From contig OZ244802.1 of NCBI GenBank assembly GCA_965220135.1, positions 2,464,164 through 2,528,163 of the forward strand: a DNA stretch of 64,000 bases, given 5' to 3'. This stretch comes from Chloroflexota bacterium (GTDB taxonomy: Bacteria > Chloroflexota > UBA11872). Shown one piece after another: positions 27,581 through 37,980 of this stretch (positions are counted from its first letter, which is position 1; each line of letters starts with the position of its first letter). The position numbers and the translations under genes were made by a program. Below the pieces are notes generated by a model. It was not told the origin of the DNA. It worked only from the letters and a program-made list of their open reading frames with translations, and did no database searches.

Positions 27581-29514
27581 CTCTGGCCGGCGCTCTGATC
27601 CGACCCTGACGAGCCCTCTGCCGGAGGCTGCTCGTCGGTTGGCGGCGAGCCGTCGCCTTGTGCCTCGGCCTCCGCCGCGGCCTGCGCCTCCGCGTACCCC
27701 GGCACTAGCGTCGGATCAAAGTTCCCGTCCTCGTCCTGCCCGACTTCCCAGCGCTCGGCCCATGGGAGGAATACCGAGGGGAAGCGGTCCTTGAACAGCA
27801 CCCGCCCGCCCAGCTTGACGTGCCGGGTAATGACGGTCCGCAAGCCGGGAATCGCGCTGTCGGTCTTTTCGATCTCGCCTGGCGCTAGCTCTGTACTGGC
27901 CTCCACCCGCAGCGGCGGCGGCTCGATCTCCTCGCCCCGCCACGAGTCCAACGTGACCTCGCGTTCGAGCGACGGTCCCAACAACCGAAACGACAGGGTA
28001 TTCCGGTGCAGGTCGAGGATGCGCCGAATGAGGATGTGGCTCGGCGTGTCGTTGGTGAACGCCAGGTCCTGGGCCGGCTGCCAGATCGCCGCGTCAAACC
28101 CGGGCGGATTGCCGGGGCCAAGTTCGTAGTACCCGACGCGGTAGGCATGTTGCCAGCGCTCGCTGATCGGCAACCCGGCCCAGAACGCCGCCCGAAACAG
28201 CGTGGTCGACACTTGGCAGATGCCGCCGCCGATGCCCGGCTCGGTCCGCGTGGGGGCGATCACCAGGCCCTCCACAAACCCGTTGCCCGGGGTGATTGGC
28301 CCCACCGTGGCGTTGAACGAAAACGTTTCGCCGGGCGGGATCACCGTACCGTCGATCAGCCGCGATCCGTTGTTGATGTTGTGGATGCGGTTGTCGCTGG
28401 ATCCGCTGAAGCGCGAGACGCCTTGCGCGATCAGGTTGTCGAACTGCAATTCGCTCGCGCTCAGCCGCGTAATGGATGGCTGGATGATCACGAGCGGTAC
28501 ATTCACCCGCCGCTGCCCGTTGTCGAAGGCCGTCCGAATGCCAGACCAGAGGCCCTCGGCGTCGATCGTGCGGCCCGGCGTGCCCTGCACCAGGGGGACA
28601 ATGTTGCCCTCGCGGTCCACCCTGATCTTCGGCTCCACGGCCGCAACCCGCAGCGTCTCGGCAATCTCCCGCGCCACCCGTTCAAACGCCCGATAGCTCA
28701 CGTCCACGGCGACATCGGGAGCGTCGGCCGGCCCGACCACGCGCATGTCCTCGGCCAGGTCCTCGCGCGCGATCGACCATCGTTGACCGGGTGCGACCAG
28801 CTCGATGTGGCCCTGCATCAACTCGCGTGCGCGTTCGGCGGCCGGCGTCACGTCGGCCGTGGCCACCTGGGGCGCCAGCGGGCGCGACTGCAGATCAACA
28901 ATCAGCCGCTGCGGCGTATCGAACCGTCGGCTCATCACCGCCAGCACGTCCGCCGGTACCAGTTCGCGACCTTCGCTCGACGGGTAGACCCGGGCCAGGC
29001 GTTGGCCGCCCTGAGTTTCGATCCGCAGTGCGGCGTCAGTCGGCGCCTGCGCAATCTCGGCGCCAATGCGCTCGACATACGCCATAAAGACGGGCGGATC
29101 AAAACTGACCGTCGTTCGCCAGTCCAGCGGCGCCTCCAGGGTCTGCTGCTGTTGTCGGAGACGCGCCTCCCAGCTACCCCGTCGTCCCCAGCCGTACGCA
29201 TGCGTAAGCGGGGTGGTGTAGTCGACCTCAATACCGACTTCACGTCCAGTGGGGTTCCACGTTCGCCCATCCAGCCGAAAGATGACCGGGGAATCGCGGA
29301 ACCCGTCCCAGCGCGCCGACAGCCTCGCCTGCGCCTCCGCCCAGGTCAGGCCGCCCACATCTTCGCCGTCCAGTTGCACACCCGGATAAAACCGGTCGGC
29401 GTAGCGCGCTTCCCCAATTGCCACGAATGCCGTGACGCCGGCGGCGGCCGCCGCCGCGCTGCCCAGTACGCCCGACCCGGCAGCCACCAGGATCGTGCGT
29501 CGGCTGATGTGCAT
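27577..29514 (-). CDS. VanW family protein with putative peptidoglycan-binding domains
   Basis: SRR Tat-like N-terminus, NRIHNI, PGETFSFN, GGGICQVSTTLFRAA, DLAFTN. Confidence 0.9.
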   Translation of the reverse strand: MHISRRTILVAAGSGVLGSAAAAAAGVTAFVAIGEARYADRFYPGVQLDGEDVGGLTWAEAQARLSARWDGFRDSPVIFRLDGRTWNPTGREVGIEVDYTTPLTHAYGWGRRGSWEARLRQQQQTLEAPLDWRTTVSFDPPVFMAYVERIGAEIAQAPTDAALRIETQGGQRLARVYPSSEGRELVPADVLAVMSRRFDTPQRLIVDLQSRPLAPQVATADVTPAAERARELMQGHIELVAPGQRWSIAREDLAEDMRVVGPADAPDVAVDVSYRAFERVAREIAETLRVAAVEPKIRVDREGNIVPLVQGTPGRTIDAEGLWSGIRTAFDNGQRRVNVPLVIIQPSITRLSASELQFDNLIAQGVSRFSGSSDNRIHNINNGSRLIDGTVIPPGETFSFNATVGPITPGNGFVEGLVIAPTRTEPGIGGGICQVSTTLFRAAFWAGLPISERWQHAYRVGYYELGPGNPPGFDAAIWQPAQDLAFTNDTPSHILIRRILDLHRNTLSFRLLGPSLEREVTLDSWRGEEIEPPPLRVEASTELAPGEIEKTDSAIPGLRTVITRHVKLGGRVLFKDRFPSVFLPWAERWEVGQDEDGNFDPTLVPGYAEAQAAAEAEAQGDGSPPTDEQPPAEGSSGSDQSAGQS

Positions 29515-29728
29515 GGAACTCGGGCCGTCCGCGCGGCCAACACTCGTAGCCGCGTCGATTCAACTATAGGCGGCGCAAGAGAAAACGCTACGAAATCACC
29601 GGCAAAATGCGACCGGCCGCCCTTTGCCCCTGTGCTATCGTCAACCCTGCCGACCGACCGGTTGGCGGCCCTTCGACCGACCCTATGTTCGTGGCGCCTC
29701 GCGCCGCTCGTTCACCGGCAAATCACCC

Positions 29729-30076
29729 ATGGCGACCTTGATCCAGGAACTCGAAAAAACCTACCTCAAGCCCGACGTGCCCGACTTCAGCGTCGGTGAC
29801 ACCGTGCGCGTGAATGTGAAGGTGCGCGAGGGTGAACGCGAGCGCGTCCAGGTCTTCGAAGGCACCGTCATTCGTCGCCGCGCCGGCGGCGTCAACGAGA
29901 ACTTCACGGTCCGGCGCCTCTCCGGCGGCATCGGCGTCGAGCGGACTTTCTTCCTGCACTCACCGATCGTCGACGACATTCAGGTCGTTCGCTACGGCAA
30001 GGTCCGGCGCGCCAAGCTCTACTACTTGCGCGACCGGGTCGGCCGCGCGGCGCGCGTCAAGGAGCGGCGCGCCTAG
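29729..30076 (+). CDS. rplS: 50S ribosomal protein L19
   Basis: [34 protein letters not shown]. Confidence 0.97.
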   Translation: MATLIQELEKTYLKPDVPDFSVGDTVRVNVKVREGERERVQVFEGTVIRRRAGGVNENFTVRRLSGGIGVERTFFLHSPIVDDIQVVRYGKVRRAKLYYLRDRVGRAARVKERRA

Positions 30077-30145
30077 CCGGCGCGGGAGGCCAGACCAGTC
30101 CCCACCCTCCCGCTCAGGCTCCCACCGCCGCACCGGGAACGCCGG

Positions 30146-30772
30146 TTGCTGCGGGAGGGGCATCGCCTGATCGCGGGGGTGGACGAAGCCGGACGCGGCG
30201 CCTGGGCGGGCCCGCTGACCGCGGCGGCCGTCATCCTGCCGCCCGTGGCTTACGCCGACCCCCGGCTGTTCGCCGGTGTTGCCGACTCCAAGCAGCTCTC
30301 GCCCCGCGCCCGCGAACGCCTGGCCCTCCTGATTCACGCCCGCGCCGCCGCCGTTGGCGTGGCGCACACCTCCCCGCGTGAAATCGATGAGTCCGGCATT
30401 GCCGCCGCCGGACGCCTGACCATGCACCGGGCGCTCCGGCGCCTCGGGCTCGACCCCGACCACGTGATTGTGGACGCCTTTCCGCTGGATCCCACCAGCC
30501 GCTTCGCCGACCGTCAGACGGCGGTCATCCGCGCCGACGCCTCCTGCCTGGCCGTCGCTGCCGCCTCAATCTGCGCCAAGGTCGCCCGCGACCGCCTGAT
30601 GCGGCAGCTTGGCCGCCGCTTCCCGGACTACGCCTTCCAGCGCAACAAGGGCTACGGCACCGCCCGGCACCGCACCGCCCTGCAGTCGCTTGGCCCCATC
30701 GCCCTCCATCGACAGAGCTTCGCCCCGGTTCGAGAGGCCCATGCCGCGCATACCCTGGCCCTGGCGGTCTAG
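30146..30772 (+). CDS. rnhB: Ribonuclease HII
   Basis: AGVDEAGRG, DSKQL, AAASICAKVARD, NKGYGT. Confidence 0.95.
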   Translation: MLREGHRLIAGVDEAGRGAWAGPLTAAAVILPPVAYADPRLFAGVADSKQLSPRARERLALLIHARAAAVGVAHTSPREIDESGIAAAGRLTMHRALRRLGLDPDHVIVDAFPLDPTSRFADRQTAVIRADASCLAVAAASICAKVARDRLMRQLGRRFPDYAFQRNKGYGTARHRTALQSLGPIALHRQSFAPVREAHAAHTLALAV

Positions 30773-31145
30773 GCGCCTTGCGCCCACCGAGCGGGCCGAC
30801 CTGGGCCGTTGGGGCGAGGACATTGCCGCGCGCGAACTCAAACGGCGCAAATACAAGATCGTCGACCGCAACGTTCGCGTCGGCCGTGGCGAGCTCGATA
30901 TCGTCGCCACCGACCGCGACGAGTTCGTCTTCGTGGAGGTCAAGACTCGCCGAGACCAGGCCTTTGGCGGTGCTCGCGCCGCCCTCACCTACACCAAGGC
31001 TCGCCAGCTGGAGCGCCTCGCCCAGACCTATCTGCGCCAGCACGGGGACTGGTCCGGCGCGTACCGTATCGATGTCGTCGCCATTGATGTTGAATCCACC
31101 GGCGACTATTCCGTGGACGTAATCCCAAATGCCGTGCAGTTCTGA
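30741..31145 (+). CDS. yraN: YraN family (UPF0102) protein
   Basis: GRWGEDIA, GELDIVA, FVEVKTR, RIDVVAI. Confidence 0.9.
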   Translation: MPRIPWPWRSRRLAPTERADLGRWGEDIAARELKRRKYKIVDRNVRVGRGELDIVATDRDEFVFVEVKTRRDQAFGGARAALTYTKARQLERLAQTYLRQHGDWSGAYRIDVVAIDVESTGDYSVDVIPNAVQF

Positions 31146-31154
31146 CGCGCTGAC

Positions 31155-32786
31155 ATGACGGCCCCCGAGCTCGAAGGACCTGATCGCCGCATGTCCGATC
31201 CCGCGCGAACCCGGGCGCCAGGCGCCAGGCCTTCATTCGGGCGCTGGCTGCGGCGCGCGTCCCTCGCGGCGGTGCTGGCGCTCCTGGCGGTCGCGACCGT
31301 GGCGACGGCTGACGCCGACACCGGCGACTATCCGACCGAAGGCGGCCGCGTCTTCACCCAGGCCGCCGAAACCGACGTCCCCGACGCCGGCTTCGCCGTT
31401 ACCGACGCCGGCGGAATCCCCTTCTGGACCGAGTTTCAGCGCCTCGGCGGCATACAGGCGCTGGGTTTCCCGCTCTCGCATCGCTTCGAGTGGGACGGCT
31501 TCACCGTCCAGGTGTTCCAGAAAGTGGTCCTGCAATGGCGCCCGGAAAACAGCACGTTCATGTTTGTAAACGTCTTCGACCGGCTCAGTCTCGAGGGCTA
31601 CGACGACACCCTGGAAGATCTGCTGATCCCCCCATGGGAGCACTTCGAGGAAACCGGCTTCATCTGGGACCAGATCATCGCGAGCCGGCAGGCGCTGCTG
31701 GACGCCAACCCGGCGCTGCGCGATGCCTACTTCGCCGTCGACGACCCACTGCGCTGGTACGGACTGCCAACCTCGCGGATCGTCACCTACGACCACGTCC
31801 ATAGCATCCGGCTGCAGCGCGCGGTCTTGCACCATTGGCTGGTCGATCTGCCCTGGGCCTCGGCCGGCGAGGTCACGGTCGCCAACGGCGGCGATCTGGC
31901 CCGCGGCGCAAACATCTTTCCGGCCGACGTCCTGCAACCCCTGGTTTTCCGGCAAACCGCCGGACCATCGCCGCAGGCGACGCCCCAACCAACGGCCGCC
32001 CCGCCCCCGCTGCCCGACATGTACGGCCCCGTCACCGCCCTGCGGGCCGCTCTCGGGCTGCCGTCCCTGATCGAGAGTCCGGAACTCATGCAGGCGGCCC
32101 AGGGTCACGCCGACTACTTCATCGCCCACCTGGACGACCCCAACTCCGGCGGCCTGCACACGCAGGTGTTCGGCTATGCGGGCTTCACCGGCCGCACCAT
32201 CGGCGACAGGGCCCGCGCCGCCCGGTATCCGTTGGGCTGGGTTGACGAAGTGTTTGCCTTCTTCAATCCCGCCGACACGGTGGCCTGGGCCCTCGAAACC
32301 GTCTGGCACCGCTACATGTTCATTCACCCGTCGGCGGTACACGTCGGCTATGGGACCGCGACTGCGGGCGACACCACGGTGACCGTGTTCAACGTGGGCC
32401 TGTCGCCTCAGCACACTGCCGACGCCCCGCTGCCGGCCGTGGTTCCGCTTAACGGAGCTACCGACGTGCCGCTCAGTTGGGCCGGCTGGGAGTCGCCCAA
32501 CCCCGCCCCCGGCGCGCTCCGCCCCTTCGGACCGCCGGTCTCACTGCAATTCGGCTTGGACGACGAGGTGGCCTGGGGCGACGCCGCCCTCTACGGTCCG
32601 GACGATTCGGTTGTCACCACGGCCCGCACCACCAGCGAATGGCGGCGCGCCCTGTCAATCGTCCCGCACGATCCGCTGACCCCGGCCACGACCTACACAG
32701 TCCGCGTCACCGGAACTCGCAACGGCACAGCCTTCACCGTCGAATCCAGCTTTACCACCCGCCAGACTGGGCCACCACTACGATGA
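31155..32786 (+). CDS. Secreted CAP-domain protein with C-terminal Ig-like domain
   Basis: Signal peptide, GGIQALGFPLS repeat-like domain, AAQGHADY, PLTPATTYTVRV. Confidence 0.8.
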   Translation: MTAPELEGPDRRMSDPARTRAPGARPSFGRWLRRASLAAVLALLAVATVATADADTGDYPTEGGRVFTQAAETDVPDAGFAVTDAGGIPFWTEFQRLGGIQALGFPLSHRFEWDGFTVQVFQKVVLQWRPENSTFMFVNVFDRLSLEGYDDTLEDLLIPPWEHFEETGFIWDQIIASRQALLDANPALRDAYFAVDDPLRWYGLPTSRIVTYDHVHSIRLQRAVLHHWLVDLPWASAGEVTVANGGDLARGANIFPADVLQPLVFRQTAGPSPQATPQPTAAPPPLPDMYGPVTALRAALGLPSLIESPELMQAAQGHADYFIAHLDDPNSGGLHTQVFGYAGFTGRTIGDRARAARYPLGWVDEVFAFFNPADTVAWALETVWHRYMFIHPSAVHVGYGTATAGDTTVTVFNVGLSPQHTADAPLPAVVPLNGATDVPLSWAGWESPNPAPGALRPFGPPVSLQFGLDDEVAWGDAALYGPDDSVVTTARTTSEWRRALSIVPHDPLTPATTYTVRVTGTRNGTAFTVESSFTTRQTGPPLR

Positions 32787-32817
32787 CGACAATTCACCCT
32801 CGATTGGTAAACCCGCG

Positions 32818-33429
32818 ATGCACCTGATCTCCGAGCTTGGCCACTGGGTCCTGGCCTGGGGCGATTCCCCCTGGGGCGGCCTGGCGCTCTTCGTCCTGGC
32901 CTTTTGGGAGTCCAGCTTCTTCCCCATCCCGCCGGACGGCCTGATGATCGCGCTGGCTGCTGGAAACCTTCAGTTCGCCCTCGGTTTCTCGGCCATTGCC
33001 ACGGCGGGCTCACTGCTCGGCGCCATGCTGGGCTACTGGATCGGCCTGCGCGGCGGCCGCCCCCTGCTGAATCGGCTCTTCGCCGAGCAGCGCATTCTCT
33101 ACGTCGAGCGGCAATACCAGCGCCGCGACGTCTGGGCCGTCACCATCGCGGCCTTCACCCCGATCCCTTACAAAGTCTTCGCCATCGGCGCCGGCGCTTT
33201 CCGCCTCAACTTCCGACGCTTCATGCTCGCCTCGCTGGTCGGACGCGGTGGGCGCTTCTTCCTGGTCGGCATCCTGATGACGATTTTCGGCACGCAGGTC
33301 GAAGCCGTCATCGACGAGTACTTCGACGTCCTCGCCATCGCCTTCGTCGTGCTCCTGGTCCTCGGCTTCGTGGTAATCCGCTTCGTCATGCGCCCGCGCG
33401 CCTCGGCGGCCGACGCCTCGTCCGACTAG
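32818..33429 (+). CDS. DedA/YqaA family membrane protein
   Basis: ESSFFPIPPD, FTPIPYKVF, GRGGRFF. Confidence 0.92.
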   Translation: MHLISELGHWVLAWGDSPWGGLALFVLAFWESSFFPIPPDGLMIALAAGNLQFALGFSAIATAGSLLGAMLGYWIGLRGGRPLLNRLFAEQRILYVERQYQRRDVWAVTIAAFTPIPYKVFAIGAGAFRLNFRRFMLASLVGRGGRFFLVGILMTIFGTQVEAVIDEYFDVLAIAFVVLLVLGFVVIRFVMRPRASAADASSD

Positions 33430-33433
33430 CCCC

Positions 33434-33850
33434 ATGCCCGCGCCCAGCCGCTACGCCGTGGCGGCCGACGTGGTGGTCGTTGCCGAATCGCCGGAACCTT
33501 CGGTCCTGCTGATCCGCCGCCGCAATCCCCCGCTCGGCTGGGCCATCCCAGGCGGCTTCGTCGAACCCGACGAGGACCTCATCGACGCCGCCCGCCGCGA
33601 ACTCGTCGAGGAAACCGGCCTCGAACCCTCGGAACTCCAGCAAATCGCCACCTTCGGCCACCCCGACCGCGACCCCCGCGGCCGCACCATCTCCGTTGTC
33701 TACGGCGCCCGCCTGCAACACGCCGCCCTCCCCGCCGCCGGAGACGACGCAGCCGCCGCCCGCTGGTTCCCCCTCACCGCCCTCCCCTCCACCCTCGCCT
33801 TCGACCACGCCACCATCCTGGCCCACGTCATCGCGCAAATTACGGGCTGA
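33434..33850 (+). CDS. NUDIX hydrolase
   Basis: WAIPGGFVEPDEDLIDAARRELVEETGL, RDPRGR, LAFDH. Confidence 0.92.
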   Translation: MPAPSRYAVAADVVVVAESPEPSVLLIRRRNPPLGWAIPGGFVEPDEDLIDAARRELVEETGLEPSELQQIATFGHPDRDPRGRTISVVYGARLQHAALPAAGDDAAAARWFPLTALPSTLAFDHATILAHVIAQITG

Positions 33851-33914
33851 ATTCCAGCCGGGCCGCTTTCCGGGTTGCCGATAGATGGCTTCGCGCCGTA
33901 GCGTGCCTACCGTC

Positions 33915-35375
33915 ATGGCCGCAGTAACCGAGTCGCAAACCACCGCCCCCGCCGCCCTGCTGGCCGATCTGCGCCGCATCGTCGGCGACGCCTGGGTCCT
34001 GTCGGACCCCGACGACCTCCTCCTTTACGAGTACGACGGCTCCGTCGACCGCGCCCTGCCAGACGCCGTCGTCTTCCCCGACACCACCGAGCAGGTCCAG
34101 GCCATCGTCCAATCCGGGTTGCGGCACGGCGTGCCCGTTGTGGCGCGCGGCGCCGGCACCGGGCTCAGCGGCGGGGCCATCGCCCGTTGCGGCGGAATCG
34201 TGGTCGCCACCTCGCGCATGAACCGCATTCTCGAAGTCGACACCCGCAACCGCCGCGCCATCGTTGAACCGGGTGTCGTCAACGCCGACCTCAGCGCCCA
34301 CACCCATCGCTACGGCTTCCACTACGCCCCCGACCCCTCCAGCCAGTACGCCTGCACCCTGGGCGGCAACATCGCCACCAACGCCGGCGGGCCCCACACC
34401 CTGCTCTACGGCGTCACCACCAACCACGTGCTGGGCATCGAGTTCGTCACCATGGACGGCCGCGTGGTCACCACCAGTGCCCTGCCCGACGGCCCCGGCT
34501 ACGACCTCACCGGCCTCTTCTGCGGCAGCGAGGGCACCTTCGGCATCGTCACCCGGGCCGTCGTCCAACTCGTCCACACCCCCGCCGGCGTGCGCACCCT
34601 GCTGGCCTCGTTCGACTCGGTAGCCGCCTGCAGCGCCGCCGTTTCCGGCATCGTGGCTGCTGGCATCGTCCCGGCCGCCGTCGAGATGATGGACCAACTG
34701 GCCCTGGAAGCCGTGGCCGCCTTCATCCCGCGAGCCAACCTGCCGGTGGACGCCGCTGCCGTGCTCCTGCTGGACGTCGACGGCGTGCCCGCCGAACTGA
34801 ACGACCGCGAGGCTGAAATCCGCCGCGTGCTCCTCGCCAACGAGGCCCGCGACATCCGCGTCGCCCAGAACGATGCCGAGCGCAACCTCTTCTGGCTCGG
34901 CCGCAAGAGCGCCTTCGGCGCCATGGGCCGCATCTCGCCCGACTACTACGTGCAGGACGGCGTGATCCCTCGTACCACCATTGCCTACGTATTGGACGAG
35001 ATTCGCCGCATCAGCCGGACCTTCGACCTGCCCATCGCCAACGTCTTCCACGCCGGCGACGGCAACCTGCACCCCCTCCTGCTCTTCGACAATCGCGTGC
35101 CCGGCGAACTCGACCGCGTGCTCGACGCCGGCACCGCCATCCTGCAGGTCTGCGTGGATGTTGGCGGCATGCTCAGCGGCGAACACGGCATCGGCATGGA
35201 GAAACAAGCCGCCATGCCCCTGGTCTACGGCCCCGACGACCTGGACGCCATGCGCCGCGTCCAGCAGGTCTTTGACCCGCACGCCCTCTTCAACCCGAAC
35301 AAGATCCTTCCGGCCCCTGTCGGCTGCGCCGAGGTCACCAACCTGCGGCGGTCGGGCCCGGAGGTCTCCGGCTGA
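33915..35375 (+). CDS. glcD: FAD-linked oxidase, glycolate oxidase subunit GlcD-like
   Basis: RGAGTGLSGG, YAPDPSS, GSEGTFG, HAGDGNLHP, GEHGIG, NPNK. Confidence 0.88.
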   Translation: MAAVTESQTTAPAALLADLRRIVGDAWVLSDPDDLLLYEYDGSVDRALPDAVVFPDTTEQVQAIVQSGLRHGVPVVARGAGTGLSGGAIARCGGIVVATSRMNRILEVDTRNRRAIVEPGVVNADLSAHTHRYGFHYAPDPSSQYACTLGGNIATNAGGPHTLLYGVTTNHVLGIEFVTMDGRVVTTSALPDGPGYDLTGLFCGSEGTFGIVTRAVVQLVHTPAGVRTLLASFDSVAACSAAVSGIVAAGIVPAAVEMMDQLALEAVAAFIPRANLPVDAAAVLLLDVDGVPAELNDREAEIRRVLLANEARDIRVAQNDAERNLFWLGRKSAFGAMGRISPDYYVQDGVIPRTTIAYVLDEIRRISRTFDLPIANVFHAGDGNLHPLLLFDNRVPGELDRVLDAGTAILQVCVDVGGMLSGEHGIGMEKQAAMPLVYGPDDLDAMRRVQQVFDPHALFNPNKILPAPVGCAEVTNLRRSGPEVSG

Positions 35376-35422
35376 CCCAGGCCTGGCCTCCCGCGCGTCG
35401 CCTCCTCGGCTCGGCCGAAGGC

Positions 35423-36058
35423 GTGGGAATCGTGGTCGCTGCCGTGTTCGCGGCCGCCATCCTGCTGCTGGCCACCCTGTGGACCGTCGAAGTCGGAACC
35501 GGCCAGGAACTGGATCCCAACTTCGAACTCGGCCCCCTGGGACCGGACCGCGTGCTCGTGCAGGAAGTCACCGTGCGGCGCCCCGACATGATCGGCTTGC
35601 AGATCGCGGCCCGCGCCGAGGGCACCGTTCAACCGCTGACCGTACAAGCCGACCTGCTCGCCGAGAACACCCTTATCGCTACTCGCACGCTCCAGGTGTT
35701 CCCCTCCACGACGCTCCAACTCCAACGCTTGGCCTTCGACCGCCCCGCGCCCGTTGGCCCCGCGGCGGTGCGGTTGCAGTTCGAAGCGGGACAGTCTGGC
35801 GGCGTCGTCTACGGAGCCACGCGGGACGACCGACAACCGGGCGGCTTCTTGCGCCTGGATGGGCAGGTAGAGTTCGCCGACCAGGACCTCGCCCTGCGGG
35901 TGCTCCACCGCCGCTCGCTCTGGACGCATGTCGAAGCCCTGGTCGGCGAACTGCGCGCCGCCCGCGCGGTCGCCGCGCTCACCCTGGCGGCCATGGCGGC
36001 CGGCCTCGGCCTCATCGCAACCGCGACCACACGCGCCCTTCGCCCGGGCCAGCCATGA
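35423..36058 (+). CDS. Hypothetical membrane-anchored protein with extracellular beta-rich domain
   Basis: TM helix at each end; similarity to domains in genes at 3284 and 43185. Confidence 0.65.
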   Translation: MGIVVAAVFAAAILLLATLWTVEVGTGQELDPNFELGPLGPDRVLVQEVTVRRPDMIGLQIAARAEGTVQPLTVQADLLAENTLIATRTLQVFPSTTLQLQRLAFDRPAPVGPAAVRLQFEAGQSGGVVYGATRDDRQPGGFLRLDGQVEFADQDLALRVLHRRSLWTHVEALVGELRAARAVAALTLAAMAAGLGLIATATTRALRPGQP

Positions 36059-36696
36059 GCGCGCCGCCGCCCCGCCTGGCCGCCATCCTGCTCGCCGCCG
36101 GCGAGTCCACCCGCATGGGCCAGCCCAAGGCCCTGCTGCCCTGGGGCGGCGTGCCCCTGGTGCGGCACCAGGCGGACCTGCTGACAGCCCACCCGGCCAT
36201 CCGTCAACTCCTGGTCGTCGTCGGAAGCCTTCAGGACGAAGTGAGCGATGCGCTGAAAGACACCCCGGCCCGCGTCATCGTCAATCCCCGCTTCCGCGAA
36301 GGCCGCGCCACCTCCCTCGCCGCCGGCGCTCGCGCCTTCCAGGGCAGCCCAACCAGCATCCTCGTGGCCAACGTCGATCAACCACTCGACGCCACTCTCC
36401 TCGAACCCCTGGTCGCCGCCTGGCGCACCAATCCCGCCGCCCTCTGGCGGCCCAGCTACAAAGGCAGCGGCGGCCACCCCCTCATCATCCCCGCCGACGT
36501 CGCCCCCGAACTCGCCCACGTCACCGAGGCCACCCAGGGCCTTCGCGCCGTCGTTACCCGCCATCGCCCTCGCCTGCGCTCCGTCCCTGTGGACTCCCAG
36601 CTCGCCGTCCTCAACCTCAACACCCCCGCCGACTACGCCGCCGCCCAACCCTCCAGCGACCCCGCCCCATCGCCTAAACTGTCGGCGGGCCCATAG
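36055..36696 (+). CDS. MocA/MobA-like NTP transferase
   Basis: LLAAGESTRMGQPKALL, VDQP, GHP, NLNTPADY. Confidence 0.9.
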   Translation: MSAPPPRLAAILLAAGESTRMGQPKALLPWGGVPLVRHQADLLTAHPAIRQLLVVVGSLQDEVSDALKDTPARVIVNPRFREGRATSLAAGARAFQGSPTSILVANVDQPLDATLLEPLVAAWRTNPAALWRPSYKGSGGHPLIIPADVAPELAHVTEATQGLRAVVTRHRPRLRSVPVDSQLAVLNLNTPADYAAAQPSSDPAPSPKLSAGP

Positions 36697-36759
36697 CTCA
36701 GCTGGAAGAGCGCCTCAATGGCATTGAGGAGGTCGTCGGTTCGAATCCGATTGGGTCCA
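36687..36759 (+). tRNA. tRNA-Ala(GGC)
   Basis: GGGCCCATAGCTCAG; CCTCA-AT GGC AT-TGAGG; GGTTCGAATCC; G3:U70. Confidence 0.95.
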
Positions 36760-36904
36760 CCGACCGCCGGCGCCGCTGGCTCAGCCCCGCGCGAACACTA
36801 GCGAGCACAGGACCTCCGTTCACCCTCGGGTCGGGGGCACGCCCCGTTCCTACCATGAGCGCCGGCCGACCAGGCAAACCACGAGAGGCAGGTAGGACAC
36901 GACG

Positions 36905-37297
36905 ATGCGCGTAATGGTTCTGATCAAGGCAACCGAGGACAGCGAAGCCGGCGTCATGCCATCCATGGAACTCATCCAGGCCATGGGTGCCTACAACCAG
37001 GAACTAATCGACGCCGGCATCATGCGCGACGGCGACGGTCTCAAGCCGACGTCCCAGGGCAAGCGCGTGGCCTTTGACGGCGACAGCCGCACCGTCATCG
37101 ACGGACCCTTCGACGCCACCAGCGAGTTGGTTGCCGGCTTCTGGCTGTGGCAGGTCAGGGACATGGACGAGGCCGTCGAGTGGATCAAGCGCTGCCCCAA
37201 TCCCATGCTCGGCCCCAGCGAAGTCGAAATCCGCCCTCTCTACGAACCCGCCGACTTCATCGAGTCCATGACTCCCGAGTCCGGCGAAAGCGCGTAA
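36905..37297 (+). CDS. YciI/DGPF family protein
   Basis: DGPF, ELVAGFW, EAVEWIKRCP, EVEIRP. Confidence 0.9.
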   Translation: MRVMVLIKATEDSEAGVMPSMELIQAMGAYNQELIDAGIMRDGDGLKPTSQGKRVAFDGDSRTVIDGPFDATSELVAGFWLWQVRDMDEAVEWIKRCPNPMLGPSEVEIRPLYEPADFIESMTPESGESA

Positions 37298-37357
37298 AGC
37301 CCCCGCGACCAACCGGCCGGCGCACGGGTCCTTTGCCCCCCGCCCGTGGCACGCCGG

Positions 37358-37831
37358 TCAGTCGTCCTCGGCATACACGGCGATTTCTGCGTTTTCCAGC
37401 ATGCGCCGGATCGTCTGCAGCACGGATTCCTGCTCAGGCTCGTCAATACCGGCCAGAAACTTCGCGTTGTTGGACTGAACTCGCAGGGCCAATTCCGGCA
37501 CCAGGCGGTTTCCCGCATCTGTAAGGGACAGTCGCACGCGACGTCGATCCCGCGTGCTGCGCCGTCGTTGAACGAGTCCCCCCTGTACCAGCCTGTCCAC
37601 GTGTCGGCTGATGGATGCGGCGTCGAGAGGAATAACGCGCGACAGGCTTGTAAGCGTATCCGCCTCCCCTTCATGGCATGCATCCAGGATTGCCCACTGG
37701 GCGGACGAGATATTGAAGGAGGCCAACTCCCGGTCCAGCCCGGTTCGCATCGCGGAAGCCAGAGTGCCGACTAGATATCCAAGCTCCCGCTGGATGTCGG
37801 GGCGCCTTGATCTGGACCGCATGGCCCGCAT
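37358..37831 (-). CDS. MarR family transcriptional regulator
   Basis: SSAQWAIL, ISRHVDRL, DRRRVRLSLTDAG. Confidence 0.92.
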   Translation of the reverse strand: MRAMRSRSRRPDIQRELGYLVGTLASAMRTGLDRELASFNISSAQWAILDACHEGEADTLTSLSRVIPLDAASISRHVDRLVQGGLVQRRRSTRDRRRVRLSLTDAGNRLVPELALRVQSNNAKFLAGIDEPEQESVLQTIRRMLENAEIAVYAEDD

Positions 37832-37980
37832 CTTCCCCAACAGAAGATCGCTTGGCAGATCAATGATTGCAGCCGGGATTTTCAACCTCCCGGCCCGGAC
37901 GCCCCTGCCCTTCGAACCGCGCGCCCCGCTCCCACAGAGCCTCACCCAACCGCGCCGCACCCTCCCAACGCACCCCTTCC

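Noticed and set aside
28006-29799. Long antisense or alternative-frame ORFs (also 33840-35282, 34981-36054, 48338-49759, 50953-51927, 62344-63936)
   Set aside because: Shadow ORFs of real genes in high-GC DNA with no motifs
33915-35375. glcD without glcEF, and trkA pair (41892-43010) without trkH
   Set aside because: Partners are often encoded elsewhere; not informative from one window
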